From positions 76,012,001 through 76,076,000 of the forward strand of contig JANJGN010000005.1 in the NCBI GenBank assembly GCA_026770705.1: a stretch of DNA of 64,000 bases. Direction: 5' to 3'. Position 1 is the first letter of the stretch. Each line of letters starts with the position of its first letter. The notes under the pieces are model-generated. The model made no database searches, had not been told where the DNA came from, and saw nothing but the letters and a program-made list of their open reading frames with translations. This stretch comes from Isurus oxyrinchus (lineage: Eukaryota). Below, one piece after another: positions 36,831-51,680 of the stretch. Made by a program: the position numbers and the translations under genes.

Positions 36831-38999
36831 GTATCTAAATTGGAAACTCACTGCTGGATGCATTGTATGGATTCACTATGTTTGTAACCACCATCAGAAA
36901 ACCCTTGCTCGCACCTGTACCTTCACAAATCCATATAAACCTACATGTTACTTTTTTCAAGAAGGCAAATGTCTGAGGAAATTACAACCTTATCACTATG
37001 CAAAGTCTGAAACATTGAACAGGTTGATTGCCCAATATTGAGCCTTAATCATTCTTACAATTAATTCACTTCGAATTATGTTAAGACATATGTGTATGTG
37101 CACCATGTCTGGCTGTTGGGGTTGGAAAGTGTATTATTTTGAATAACATCATATCAGTTCCTTTAACTGCCATTTCTAGAGGAAAAAAACATGAGATCAC
37201 TATATGCTTGTGTTATTGACATTATCTTGTGCATGCTGTTGCTATGGAGAAAGCACAGTTAAATGAGTGTGATGCACTGCACTGTAGAAAGTGGGCAATG
37301 TTCCACAATGATCTCTGTGACCTGGTTTATTGTAAAGTTGAGGTTGTCCTCTCTAGAGAAATTTAAATCTGTTAATTTGCATGATGATCCACATTTTCTA
37401 CCTGTTCAAGAAATATTCAAAATCTTTTCTGTACATTTAAAACACAGTGCAACCTAAGACATTGGTTCACTGAGCACATCAACACAGTAGAAAGATGTGA
37501 AATATATATTGCAATCTTATTTCCTTAGGCTAATAGTAAAAGCAGACCTAAATTAGACCCGAGGGAGTCTAGAACAGAGACAAGAATCAAAAATTGTGAT
37601 GCAAAGTCTGTTATCTGAGATGATCTGAAGAAAAGATTGTGAATACCAATTCCCCCTGTTCTGAATGAAGGTAGCATCAATGAGGTCATCTAGCTACAGT
37701 GCTTGTGATTGTTTTGTTTCTTGGAATGGAGGCTGAATTGCAAAACTTAGCCAGTCCATGTATTTATTTTTGCATAATAAGAATATAAGACAATAAGTAA
37801 AAATTGCACAAATTAGATGCCTTTTTGATTGCTAGCAGCATAAAAAGATTAAGATAATTTGCACCAATTCACAAGTCACATGCTCTTAATAGTACAGACG
37901 ATTCCAGCAATTTTTATTTAGTAAATGATTGTAGCCTACCAACTAAGGATACAGTATTCCATTGCTGCCTAATGACATATATTACAGAGATCCCTTTAGG
38001 ATTCCTGTACGCTTTTATCTAACAACTTATTTCTGTTCTCATAGATTGGATGATGCAAAATTGGGCTTGGTAGTAAATGATTTGGCATTATGGGTGCAAC
38101 TTTGGGGACATGTGCGTGCGCATTTCTGCCATGAATCACACCTGACATCATATTGGTGAAGATGTTAACATGTGTACCTAATGTCTGCTGGATGTATGCA
38201 AAGCAGGAGGATCATGATGCGAATCAGCATGCAATGTTGGACTGGCGCCAGCACTGCCACTTTGGAGCTTCACAATCCATGGACAACCTCTGTTAATCTC
38301 ACAAAGCTGAACATGCATTGAACAGCATGTAAAGCACCCCCATAAGCTCATTAAAAGTAATCATCCACTACTTACAGGTAAATTGCTGATTGAATTCTTC
38401 TTGACTGTTGCTACAATTCCTCAAGTTTAATGCTTTCTAAAGTTGTTTCAAGTTGTAAATGTCTACAAGGAGTTGTGTGTCAGGTACAGAAGGAATTTTC
38501 ACTGACGTCAAGACTTTTGCATAAACCAGTTGCTTCTACACATGGTGGCATTATAGGGCTTCCTCTAAGAATTGAACATGGCTGGAAGATTGACAAGAGG
38601 CCACACACTGTCATGTTATTATAACAATATAATACCTTGGGCTTATTTACTGTACAAGACACAGTGGATAAATACATTGTGGGTTCATTTATTTAGACCA
38701 GGCACATGAGAACAGCTATACATAGGTATAGAGCTTGAAGGCATCAGAATTGTGTGAGTGTTCTGCTCAAAGCAAGAGTGAAACTAAGACTGGATCACAT
38801 GCCATATTACCCTTTTAGAGAACTCATGCTGATATCCCTTAAAGGTATATTACAACACATATTCTTTTTGAATATACTTCCCCCTCCTTGCAAAAAGGTA
38901 GGTTCATATTTAATTACCACTAGATAAGTGCATAGAACTGATTAACCTATGAGTGTCTAAAGTGTAAAGGTAATCTGCTAGTATGCTTAAGTTTAATGT

Positions 39000-41893
39000 T
39001 GGTAACCTTGTCTGGAGGTTCTTTAATTACTTAGAGTAATCTGTGGGATTGTCATTCTTGGATATTATTCCTGGTTGCACTTGGGATCTTGTCCTAAATA
39101 AAATAGGACTGCTGGGGAGCTGGATTGGATCTGATTTGTCCTCGGTTACTTTCACTGTTGTGCCTTTGTGTGTAGTGACTTCATAGGACCTTGGTTCTGA
39201 ACAAATCATTGCACCTCGCCTGATTGCCATGTATCTTCTGTTGGATCCTGGATACAAACTAATTGTCCTGCCTGTAAACTTGGCAATGCTATACCTGTAT
39301 TTTTATTGTGTGCATTGGTCATTTTCTTTTCTAGTTTTAAAAGCTGCTCCCTTGTATCAGAGAGAATAGAATGGGAAAGAATAGGTAAATTGTTATGTGC
39401 TGGTCTGCCAAACATGTGTTCTAACAGTAATGGAATATTTGCACTTAAGATGTGTCACTCTCAGATATAACATTGCAATGTGTAGATCTTGCTTGATCTG
39501 TCTACGCTTGAGAATTAGGGATTTCACCCTGAGAATCATTTCGTTCAGCTAGGTCATTACACCTAGGGTAATGAGGAGAAGAGGTAGTATGATCGATATT
39601 CCACATCACACACATGACCTGAAATGACTTATCAATAAATCTGTAATGATCTATCTAGGCACACTAAATAAACTGAAAATAGCACTTAGAGTGTGCACGC
39701 CAGCTGTGCTTGACAATTATGCAATTATCGAATAATTGGGTATTTGGTAAAGTAGCCAACAATGACAATGAAGTCAGTGCCATGGACATGGAAGAGGTTG
39801 GATGTGATTTTGGACTAAGGATGGTAGGAACTTCATATGGAATCAATGGTGCTTTGTGCATTGGCATGCACTTCATGAAAAGTCTTCAATTTCATTGTTC
39901 ATACCCAGCAATAGACTGTCCCTCTTGTGAGTCTTCTCATTTGATCTATGCCCATGGCTGAGTGAAGAAGTGGTTGAAGAATATCAGATTGCAAAGATAC
40001 CAGTATGATGATCTGCCTGCCTTTAAAAATGACACCCTGGGAGATAGCTAGATCGTCGCGATAAGGCCAAAAATGGCCTCACGTGTTTGTAGACATGCTG
40101 AATTGAATCTGGTCATCCTTCAATTATGGTTTTCCATGGTTTCTGTGGTGTAGAATCTTTTGCCATTTCTTCTTGCAGCTCCTGGCATTCATGTTGTACA
40201 AAATGTACCAGATCAATTTGGAGAACACCTTCAAGTTCAATGTCAATTAAGTCAACTTCTAGATCTAAGGATACATCTTCTGTTTTTGCTGGGTTAGGCA
40301 ATCTGCTAAGTGTACCCAATGTGATCATCAAGTTACCTGGCTTGTACATGTTCTCACAGTCGTAACCTTGAATCTTTATCAAAAAATATTTCAATTTTGG
40401 TCATGCACTGGTCAATGTTTTTTGACAAATCATTGAAGGATGGCCTGATTCAATTCAGCATATCCACAAACGTGTGAGGCCATTTTGGTCTTATTGGGAT
40501 GATCTAGGCATCGCCTGGGGAGTCATTTTTAATAGCAGGCAGGTCATCATAATCTTTGGGACCTGATATTCTTGTGGTTGGCCTCTAACAAAAACCTTTT
40601 GCCAAATAGATAGGTATGAAAATATATGATTCCAAACATGAAAGCTAATGTTTCCTGCTCAATGTTGGAGCAGTTGGAATTGCATTATAGGTTGCATTAT
40701 GGATAGAGATTTTGAAGCAAATGCAATAATTTTGCCATTTTTAGTATAGACACCCTCAGACCTTTCTGTGAGGCATCTATCTCCAGGGTAATTGGCTGTC
40801 TAGGATCTTTAAATTGCAATGTCGATGTTTCTGTTAATGACTATTTCACTGTTTCAAAGAGGTGTCGGTGGTATTCATGCCACAGGAAAGACTTGCTTGC
40901 ATCCTTGCTCAATAATTCCCTTAGTGAGGATGATTTTTCAGTGAAATTGGTGATGTATGGAGACAAGAAATTAAAGAGACCTAGAGATCTTCAAAGATCG
41001 TCTTTATCTTGAGGAGCTGGCATGGCCTTAATATCTCCTATTTTATTAGGAGTTAGACATATACCAGCACTGGAATAAATAGAGCTGAAGAAATAAATCT
41101 GCTGCACATTGATGTCAGATTTCAGACCGTTGAACGCCAATCCTTCATTATATGCTGACTGTATCAATAAGTGCACATTATGGTCATGTTCTTGCTTTGT
41201 TCTTCCTAAAATAGCTATATTATCTGCAATACAGATGCATTCTGGTGCAGTGTATGTAATGCAGTCCATGTGAGCTTGAAATATATCCTGGATAACAGAT
41301 AGCTCAAAAAGAAATTGTTGAAAAAAGTGCTGAAGTTGCATTTAAACGTTATGGATTGAGGCATACTTTTAGTCATCTCTTTCTTTATGACACATGTGAT
41401 TGAGATACACCAGTCTGTGTGCTCTTGTACTCTTCTAATGATTCTGAATTTCTCCATTTTGTCTAGTTCGACCTTCAGTTCGTCTTGTATATGGATGCTG
41501 CATTTACATAGTGGATTGGTTGACGGACATGCATCCTCCTGCAAATGTAATGTTGCAGCTCCCTTGAAATTGCCAATTAAATTATGAACTGAGGTGATAG
41601 GAGTAGTTTCAGGGGTTGATCTACATTGTAATGTCTGACTGATTCAATGGATTGTTACCAGCGTAAGATTCCGTCAGGATGCAGGTCCGTCAACTGATCC
41701 ACCACACAAATGTAGCATCCACGTACAAGATGAATTGAAAGTTGAACTAGACAAAATGGAGAAATATTGGTAGTTTTCTGTTTTGATGCCTTTTTTTCAG
41801 GTCAGACCTGCAAACTTTTTTGAAGTTGATTTTCGGAGAATTTGGAGTCCTTCACAGCTGCCACCATGTTGTAAAATTCCACCTCTGATACCA
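39000..41893 (-). mobile_element. Decayed Gypsy LTR retrotransposon pol (RT, RNase H, integrase)
   Basis: LDKMEKFRIIRRVQEHTDWC, IADNIAILG, YKPG...LSRLP and MFGRP motifs. PBS-like TGGTATCAGAGG at 41893-41882 next to a putative LTR, and a polypurine tract at ~38878-38889. Confidence 0.85.
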
Positions 41894-43869
41894 TGTTTTA
41901 TGTTGGTTGTGATTGGCTAAAGGACAATTGCAGAGACATAGATATGTCTGAATAATAACTGGCTTATTGGATGAACATAACTATATGCAGATATACAAGT
42001 ATTACTCAGCCTAAGCCATGAACTTTTTCCTTCTTGACTCTTAGTCTCGTGTCTCTTACATTATCCTGTAAACGGTACTGTTTCTCCAGTCCCACACATT
42101 AACCCTTTCAACCTTGAACACAAGTCTGTCAAGTGACCACCACATAAATGCAGCATCCACATTCAAGACAAACTGAAGTTTGAAATAGACAAAATGGAGA
42201 AATACTGAATCATTAGAAAAGTACAAGAGCACACAGACTGGTGCAGCTTAATCACATGTGTCATAAAGAAAGACATCATTAAGAGTTCCATAAGTTTGCT
42301 TTCCAGAAGCAACGTTGCGGAGAAGTTGTGAGAAAAACAATGAACATTAACATCATGACCTTACCTTTAAGTTCTCTTAGGGAATTGTCATCAAAATTCA
42401 CCAGATATGTCACAAAAGACCAAGTTTTCAATGGGGACAAAATCGAATATTGTATACTCACCACAGAACCCCCAGCCTCTGATCTGACCTTGTAGCAACA
42501 GTATTTATATGGCTGGTCCTGTTAAATTTCTGGAGAAGTTTCTCAGGATGTTGATGGTGGGAGATTCAGTGATGTTAAGCCATTGAACATTAAGTGGAGG
42601 TGCTTAGATTCTCTTTAGTTGGAGATGGTCATAGTCTGGTACATATGTATCATGAATGTTACTTTCCATCTATCAGTGCAAGCCTAAATGTTATCAATTA
42701 CTTATAAGGATTTAAGGACATAAATCAGCAACAGGAATCAAAGTGGGCAAAGTGTAGGGGTGGGGGAACGGGTGAACGTGGTAATTTTAATGTAACAGTG
42801 GAAAAATGATAGAATCGAATCTGTGATTCTGTCCAAGTTACTTTCTATTGAACTTTCATATTCTGTAATGAAAGACTGCAAGCTGTATTAAAAATGAATT
42901 GATTTTATTCAGTTACACATTCAGTGTACATGTTTAGCGTGTTCAGCTGTCACATTTGCACATTGAGTCCCATAAATTTCTCTGTTTATTATAAATATGA
43001 CCAGTCCCTAAGTGCTGTTTTATTTGAGGTTATAGTACTTGCGATCCCCTGCATAGCCAAGTGACAGCTTATTAGGAATGTGGGAACCTTTCCAGCTGTA
43101 GATTTGATGATCTTTCCAGCTGTAGATCTGCATAAATTTCAGTGATCACATTTGCTGTGATTAGTGGAGAGTCATTGCTTTTAGAGATGGTGTTAGCTGT
43201 TGAGCTTGCATGGTTATATGATGGCATTGAAGTATGGTAATGTGAATGCTGCTGCTGTGGTGCTACATCATACTATTGCTGGTGAGCATCTCTTCATGAC
43301 CTGTGTGACTTTTGAGAATCTCTTTGTTTACAGGTAGCCCATAAACATACTCTAAGCAAGTTAAAGCCATCCACGATTATCACTTGGAGATTGAACCCCA
43401 AAATTTCCATGGCATAATGAATGGATATCTTGAGCCTTTACTTCTATTATCACTCACTTAATGGCAGAACACAGTGTTTACAATTAGTGCACTATTACAT
43501 TACTCATAAGAAAATTCACGGTGTTAGAATTCTTCACACAATCCAATCCACATTCTAAGGTTGAATCAATGACTGGTCATTCCTGCTGCTCACAGGTATT
43601 GAATGCTGGGAAATTACAAGCTTCTATAGGGTTGGGGATATTCTTGAAGCAAAGAACAATGATATCAAAATTGATATGGAATGAAACCTGGAAGAACAAA
43701 GAGGATGGAAATTCAAACTTTGAGAGCATTAGCTTGTGTGCATAAGCATTCTGAATAAGTTGTAGTTTATGAAGGGCGATGGGTTAGGACTGCATTCAAA
43801 TCTCAGCAATGGTAGAGTAGAAGGAGACAATGCTTTGAAATTGAAAAATATTAGGATCGGCATTGTGAG

Positions 43870-45560
43870 GGGCTCTCACACAGTGATGGGTCTCCTATGT
43901 TGCTGCAGTACCTTGAGCCATTGCTGTCACTGGTAGAGGAGTCGTTGTCACCATCAGGAGCCCCCTGAGAGGAGCCCCCAGTTACAGGCAACTGTTGCTC
44001 ATCCACCATCATGGGATTCAATTTTACATCCCTGTTTACCTGAGAAGGATCAGGACCTGATGAAGACTCCAGGCGCCTTGTCCCCTTCCTGCATTGGCAC
44101 TGCCTGCTTGAGCTCAATGAGAATGCAATGGCTTGCAGATCTGCACATATACCAAGCATCCCCTGACTATTCCACTGGTTCTTGCTCCACATGAAAATGT
44201 CAGTCTCTCAATGGAGGAAACCATGTGTGCAGACAAGAGGGAGATCGCAGCACTCGTGGCTTGGATGGCCTCCTCCACTGACCTTGCCAGATCACACATA
44301 CACTCTGGTATTTCTGCCAGATCTTCACCCACCTCCTGCTGTAGATCCAGATCTTATGGATGACTTCAGAGGCTCTTCATCAGCCTGGGGCTCAGCACCA
44401 ACCTGCACTCCCACTTTTCTCTGAGAGTCAGAGGCCTGGACTGTCACAGCCTCTGACAGCTGGCCTGGCACTTCTTTGATGCTCAAACCGGTTTGTGCTA
44501 CTGTGTTAGCCAAGGTGCACATACCCACTGAGTATCTGAACTGGTGGAAGGTGCAGAGCAAGGATGAGATGGTGCAGCCTCTGAGGTCCTCTCCTCTTCC
44601 TCAAGGTTGCACCTATCCCTCATGGCTGGTAGTTGCTGGGACCGATGACTGACCTATTGGAGAAAACAGAAAGATGAGCACTACTCAACATTGTAGATGA
44701 AGAGAGAAATGCGAATATTGGATGCTGGACAGACAACTTTGCCCTGTAACCCCAGATTGATGCTGTCCCAGCATTTGCCCAACACATACACATTCCCTTC
44801 CACTGCACCAGTCACACAGCCACCCACCTAACCAAATGACAGTCCATTGTATTCTCACCCATCTCACCGCAAATTTCAGCCTCTCTGTGGCCAAGGGATC
44901 TGCACCCCTGGTGACTAGCCAGCTGCAGGTTGTCCTCCTCTAGCTGCATTATAACTGCCAGGTTGGGCGTTCACCGACCAGTCCTTGCCCTCTCCAGGGT
45001 GCCATGGGTTCTTTTCTCCTGTGAGAACAATGGGAGAATGGTAATTTCATTATCAGGGGGTTGCAAACCTTCAGGGTAGGGCACACAATTAATGGTGCCT
45101 CCCTTCTCCACACAGCAGCGTTCATTGCATGCCATCCAACTTAACCTACCATCATGCCACCCATGAGCCCCTCAAAAGCAGATAAAGGTGCTGAAGCTCC
45201 TTGAGTAGGCGTTCTGGCTATGGACTGGTCATTGCTCCATTTCTCAGGCACCCACTTCCCATGCATATCACCCTCGTACCCTCCCACTAGTGAGCACCCA
45301 CATCAAGAGTTAGCTTTGTCACTCACCCTTGCAGAATGGAGAAGGTCATTCACCTGCTTGTAGCACTGTAACCAGGTCCACCAAGCAACTCCACTGCTAC
45401 TGACCTCTGCCATCACTATCCAGGCTTGCTGGTCTGGCAGGGAGGCCTCCTCTTCCTATCCTGCAGGAAGAGAACCTCCCACATTTTGGTCACAGCCTGG
45501 ACGGGGACACTCAGGGAGTCATCATCTAACCATGGGGCCATCTGGTGTCTCAACTCCTCC
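43870..45560 (-). pseudogene. Harbinger Myb/SANT gene remnant (multi-exon)
   Basis: Minus strand AW..VAEV..SGVAWWTWLQCYKQVNDL followed by a GTGAG donor (~45325-45430). Last-exon coiled-coil segment is similar to 28858-29280. Confidence 0.6.
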
Positions 45561-46839
45561 ATTAATCCTTACAGCAGATGCTATGGGGGTGGGTCACTCT
45601 GATTCTTATTATTTTGTCCATTCAAAGAGTTTGCTGTAAATGTGTAACAACATTACATGACTGCTAATTACAGGCATGCTCATCTTTTGTTTAATAAATA
45701 TGCTTTTTATAGAAAGCTTAATACCAGCTTTGATGTGATGCTCCACTAATGTGACTGGAATGAGAAATTTTGAAGTCCTAACATAAGCTCAACAGTTAAA
45801 GGCAACTATGTGAGATGTTCATTTCTCCGAGGCAGGTTATCAAATTTACCTAGATACGTACCTAGAAACGTTTTCTACAATATCAAACATATTGTTGCCC
45901 CTTTATTTTACACCTGTGCTAATTTTATTGGCTCTGCTGTTGACAAGGGACCTTACTGGCCAAGAACAAGGGGCTGACGATAACATCCACATCGGCTGAA
46001 ACAATTACAATGCTGGGGAGACTGCCTGTAGTGTCACCTTTGTTCCACAGTCTTTTTTTTTATTTTCTTGCTGAAAAAAATACCTATAGAAATGCTTGAC
46101 ATTATCTTTACCAGGCTTTGCTGTCCTTACCTCATTTTCTATTTCAGCTTTCCTCAGGAAATGTCAGCCCAGGCTCGCTGGTAACACCCCCTCCTTTGAG
46201 TCAGAAGATTTAAGCAGCAATCCAGAATGTGATCATATAATCTAGTCTAACACTTCAATGCATTTTTCAGGGTAACAAGCAGTTGGCAATAAATATGGCC
46301 TTGCCAGCTTTGACTCACATCCTCACAACTAATAAAAATAAGAAAATGTCAGAGAGCCTGTATTTGAGGAAATAAGCAAATTCAAGTCAGAGTGGAGGCA
46401 TGGGCCTCAGAGTTAACCCAGCACAACAGATGGCAAGGGGTCAGGGAAAGGTGGGGCGCGGGGGTGATGAAAATAGAAAATGCGAAGCACGTTCACAGCC
46501 CACTTCGTACACATACCTTGTTGTTTTTTTAGGCAGTGGCTTTTGAGGTGTTCAAGTGCCAATGATGTTATACTTACTTCGCTACATTTGTCTTCATCCA
46601 AATGCTGAGCACATGCATCAACTGCATCTGAAGGTACAGATGAAAATTGTTCATATGTACATGATATATTTCTGGGCAGTCACATGTTTAAACATGTCTA
46701 CTGGATTAATGGGGATGGAAGGATCATGAGTCGGCAAGGGGGATATGATGGGCTATTGCGGGTGATTGGGGAACATGAATTAACATTAAGTTGGCATGGA
46801 GGGCACGAGTAAGACCATTTGCACTTACCCTTCAAAAGG

Positions 46840-49260
46840 GTATAGATTAGAAAAATCAGGTTGCAAAGGTACTATAGATGAGGAGTTCATAAAATGTTTT
46901 CGGGATAGTTTCTTAGAACAGCATGTTCTGGAGCCAACCAGAAAGCAGGCTATACTAGACCTGGGATTGAGGAATGAGATAGGATTAATTGATAACCTCC
47001 TGATGAATGTGCCCCCAGGTACCAGCAATCATAATATGATTGAATTTTACATTCAGTTTGAGGGGGAAATGAGTCTGTTCAAGGTTAGTGTTTTAAACCT
47101 AAATAAGGGCAATTATGAGGGCATGAAAACAGCTAAAGTGAATTGATTAATGAGGTTAAGGGATATGTCAATAGAGGTTCAGTGGCAGACATTTAAAGGG
47201 ATATTTCAGGATACACAGAATATATACATTCCAATGAGAAAGAAAAATTCCAAGGGGAACCATCATCTGTGGTTAACTAAAAAAGTTAAAGATGGTATCA
47301 AAGTTAAAGAAAAAGCATATAATTATGCAAAGATATGTGGCAGGTCAGAAGATTGAAAGGAATATAAAGAACAGCAAAGAATAACAAAAAGATCAATAAG
47401 GAGGGAAAAATTAGAGTATGAGAGAAAGCTAGCTAGTAATATAAAGATGGATAGTAAGGGTTTCTACAGATGTTTAAATAAGAAGAGTAAACAAAGTGAG
47501 CGTTTTTTCTACAGAAAGTGTGCCCGGGAATTGATAATGGAAAGTAGGAAATTAAACAGATATTTTGCTTCAGTCTTCACTATGGAGGACACAAGTAACA
47601 TCCCAGAAATAGCTGTATTTCAGGAAATGGAAGTGAGGGAGAAACTCGGGAAAATTACAATCACCAGGAAAGTGGCATTGAGCAAATTGTTGGGGCTGTG
47701 GGCTGACAAATCCCCAGGTCCAGACTGACTTCACCTGAAGGCCTTGAAAGAGGAGGATAATGAGATAGTTGGTTTTAATTTTCCACAATTCCCTAGATTT
47801 GGGGTATGTTCCATTATATAGGTAAATAGCAAATATAACTCCTTTATTCAAAAAGGGAGGGAGGCAGAAAGCAGGAAACTAAAGGCCAGTTAGCCTAACA
47901 TCTGTCATAGGGAAAATGTTAGAAGCAATTATGAAAGCAGTTATTGTAGGGCACTTAGAAAAATTTAAGGCAATCAGGCAGAGTCAACATGGCTTTTTTG
48001 AAAGGAAAATCATGCTTAACCAATTTACTGGAGTTCTTTTAAGGAGTCCCATGTGCTCTGGATAGAGGTGGATGTACTGTACTTAGAATTCCAGAAGGCA
48101 TTTGATAATGTGCCACATCGTAGGTTATTGGAGAAAATAAAAGCTCATGGTGTAGGGATTAACTTATTGACAATGATAGAAGATTGTCTAGCTAACAGGA
48201 AGCAGAGTTGGCATGAATGGATCATTTTCTGGTTTGCAAGATGTGACGACTGTTGTGTCACAGGGATCAGTGCTGGGGCCTCAACATTTTACAATTTATA
48301 TATATGATTTGGATGAAGGGACCGAAGGAATGGTGGCTAATGACACAAAGGTAGGTAGGAAAGTAAATTGTGCAGAGGACGTAAGGAGGCTACAAAGTGA
48401 TATAGATAGGTTATATGAGTGGGAAAAGATCTGGCAAATGGAGTATAATGTGGCCCAATGTGAAATTGTTCATTTTGGCAGGGAGAATAGAAAAGAAGCT
48501 TATTATCTAAATGGTGAGAGATGGAGGAGCTCTGAGATTCTGTAGGATCTGGGTGCCCTAGTGCATGAATCACAAAAGGTTCATATGCAAGTGCAGCAGG
48601 TTATTAGGAAAGCTAATAGAATGTTATCATTTATTATGAGGGGTATTGATTACAAAAGTAGGGAGGTTATGCTTCAGCTATACAGGGTATTGGTGAAACC
48701 ACATTTGGAGTATTGTATACAGTACTGGTCTCTTTATTTAAAGAAAGATGTAAATGTATTGGAAGCAGTTCAGAGAAGGTTTACTAGACTAATATCAGGA
48801 ATGGGCGGGTTGTCTTATGAGAAAAGGCTGAACTGGTTAGGCTTCTATCCACTGGAATTTAAAAGAATAAGAGGGGACTTAATTGAAACCTTTAAAATCT
48901 TGAAAGGTCTTGACAGGGTGGATGTGGAGAGGATGTTTCCTCTTGTGGGAAAATCTAGAACTAGGGGTCACTATTTAAAAATGAGAGGTTACAAATTTAA
49001 GACAGATGAGGAGAATTTTTTTCTCTCAGAAGGTTATGAGTCTTTGGAACTCTTCCTCAAAAGGTGGTGGAAGCAGAGTCTTTGAATATTTCGAAGACAA
49101 ACCTAGATAGATTCTTGATTAACAAGGGATGAAAGGTTATTGGGGGTAGGCAGGAATGTGGGGTTGAGGTTATATTCAGACCAACCATGATCTTATCGAA
49201 TGGCAGAGCAGGCCAAAGGGGCTGAGTGGTCTATTCCTGCTCCTAATTCGCATGTTTGTA
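46840..49260 (+). mobile_element. CR1 LINE ORF2 pseudogene (APE C-terminus to 3' UTR)
   Basis: [42 protein letters not shown] and PHLEYCIQYW motifs with several frameshifts and stops. Confidence 0.95.
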
Positions 49261-50476
49261 TGTATGTAGATTCCTGAATTCAGACCATGGTTCATAGACT
49301 GATCTCTGAGGGGCCTTGAACCATGGAATCATTTGGACACCTGAAATCGGATCCTGCCCAACATTTTTAAATGGTTCTGGAGTTGGAACAACTCCGTGAA
49401 AATCTGGGCCTACATTGTCTGTCTTTAATGCTTGCCTAAGAATTCCTATTCCCCCTTAAAATAACTTAACACACCAAAAGATTGCAAAGACTTCTCTTGC
49501 CCTAAAATATCCATGGTGTGGTAACTGGAGGTATAGTCACTCCCTCCTGGCAATCACGGGTCAGGGGGTTTTCTGCGGTGGCTTCAGCCAGTGAGCATGG
49601 GGTGAGGCTTTTTCAGATAAGAAATCTGCCTGAGCGTGCAAGCACTGAAAATGTCTCTGTAATAAAGTTTAACCTTTGGCGACGAGGGTAAAATCAACTT
49701 CAACCCTGCACCTCACCTGTTACTATGAGTAAATTGAATAAATTGAATAAAAATGCTACTGTTTAGAAGAATTGACCCATATGATGCTAGTATTGGAGAT
49801 TGGAGCCAGTATGTTGAGCGCCTTGGATTTTACTTTGCAGCAAATGAAATAACTGCCGCAGAAAAGTAGAAAGCAATCCTCTTAAGCGTATGCGGCAGTA
49901 AAACATATAACTTGATTCAAAACCTGACTGCCCCGAGCACGCCCAATTCCAAGTCATATAGTTAGTGGACCTAGTGAAAACACACTTCCAGCTGAAGCCA
50001 TAATGCAGCGCTTTAAATTCAATTCAAGAGTTCGGGCTCTGGGAAAGTCCATCACAGCCTATTAAGTGAACCTCAAGCAGTTAACAGAATACTGTGACTC
50101 TGGAGTCCTTTTAAACAATATGAAGTGGGACTTGTTGGTATGTGGAGCCAAGGATGACACCATATGGTGCCGAAGTCAATATCGATTTTAAACATGCCCC
50201 AAGAAATCTCCCTCGCCATGGAAAGTGCTGTGAAAAATTCCAGGCTTTGCAACACATGAATAATGACACCATACTTCATGTTGAGTGGGAACCTGCTGCC
50301 GAGGGTGGCTTGAAAGCCAGACCTGCAGCATTAAAGCGCGATTCATTGGCCACTGTGAGAAATGTTAAGAACCCTAATAGCAATGCTTCATCATCGATTT
50401 CAAGACGAAATTGCTATACATGTGGAGGTGACCATGGAGCAGATACCTGTAAATTCAAAGAAGCAGCATGCCATTA

Positions 50477-50598
50477 CCCAGAATGGAGAAACAGTTCGGA
50501 CCAGTACTCTTATTTCCCAGTTTTAACTAGTGTTCCATTTTAAGGTATACAAGACCAGTATTTTTATTTCCCAATTTTTATTGATTTTTCATTCTGGG
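50477..50598. mobile_element. 122-bp MITE with TA target duplication
   Basis: TA|CCCAGAATG...CATTCTGGG|TA. Removing it restores the CHY-CHKKGH...C zinc knuckle. Confidence 0.8.
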
Positions 50599-50829
50599 TA
50601 CTGTCATAAGAAGGGGCACATGGTTCAGCAATGCCAGAAGAAGTTGAAGCAGTCTGCGAAACAGCAAACAAACATGATAGAAGTAACGGATACAGCAAAG
50701 GCTGAAGCTGCTGCTCCTGACCTTTACTCCTTATGTAAAGTGACTGCTGTGAAGACCAAGAATGAGAAACCATTGATAATAGAAGTGGATACTGGTCTCA
50801 ACTTTGGTGGTAGGAGAGCACACTTTCAG

Positions 50830-51680
50830 CGTGGTAACCTGTAACTAGAGGAGTGTCACAGGGATCAGTGCTGGGGCCACAGTTATTTACAATATATATT
50901 AATGACTTCGATGAAGGAAATGAATGTCCTATTGCCAAGTTTTGCAAATGACACAAAATTAGGTGGGAAGGCAAGTGTGAGGATGACATAAAGAGTCTAC
51001 AAAGGGATATAGACAGGTTAAGTGAGTGGGCAAAAACTTGGCAGATGGAATATATTGTGGGAAAATGTGAGGCTATGAATTTTGGCAGGAAGAATAGGGG
51101 AGTTAAATATTATTTACATGGAGAAAGACTGTAGAAAGCTACAGCACAGAGGGATTTGGGAGTCCTCGTGCATGAATCTCAAAAAGCTAACATATAACTG
51201 CAGCTGGTAATAGGGAAGGCAAATGGAATGTTGACCTTTATTTCAAAGGGAATAGAGTATCAAAATAGGGAAGTCTTGCTAAAACTATACAAGGCACTAG
51301 TTAGACCACACCTAGAATACTGTGAGCAGTTTTGGTCTCCTTACCTAAGGAAAGAAATACTGGCATTGGAGGCAGTCCAGAGAAAGTTCACTAGGTTGAT
51401 CCCAGATATGGAGGGATTATCTTACGAGGAGATTTTGAGTAGGTTGGACCTGTACTCATTGGAGTTTAGAAGAATGAGAGGAGACCTTATTGAAACATAT
51501 AAGATTCTTAGGTGGCTGGACAGGGTAGATGACAAGAGATTGTGGGAGAGTCTAGGACCAGAGGGCAGAATCTCAGAGTAAGGAGTTGCCCATCTAAGAC
51601 AGAGATGAGGAGCAATTTCTTCTCTCAGAGGGTAGTGAGTCTATGGAATCCTTTACCGCAGAAGTCTTTCAATGATCAAT
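50830..51680 (+). mobile_element. CR1 LINE fragment nested in Gypsy
   Basis: QGSVLGP, FANDTK and LYKALVRPHLEYCEQFWSP motifs. Confidence 0.88.

Noticed and set aside
36900-38100. Host gene exons in apparently unique DNA (also 1-1100, 42800-43800, 61400-62800)
   Set aside because: No ORF with a recognisable domain or convincing splice pair. Small exons or enhancers cannot be excluded without alignment.
38614-38858. 3' LTR paired with the LTR starting at 41894
   Set aside because: Has TG...CA ends and a nearby polypurine tract, but no visible similarity to 41894-42120, so the pairing is unsupported.
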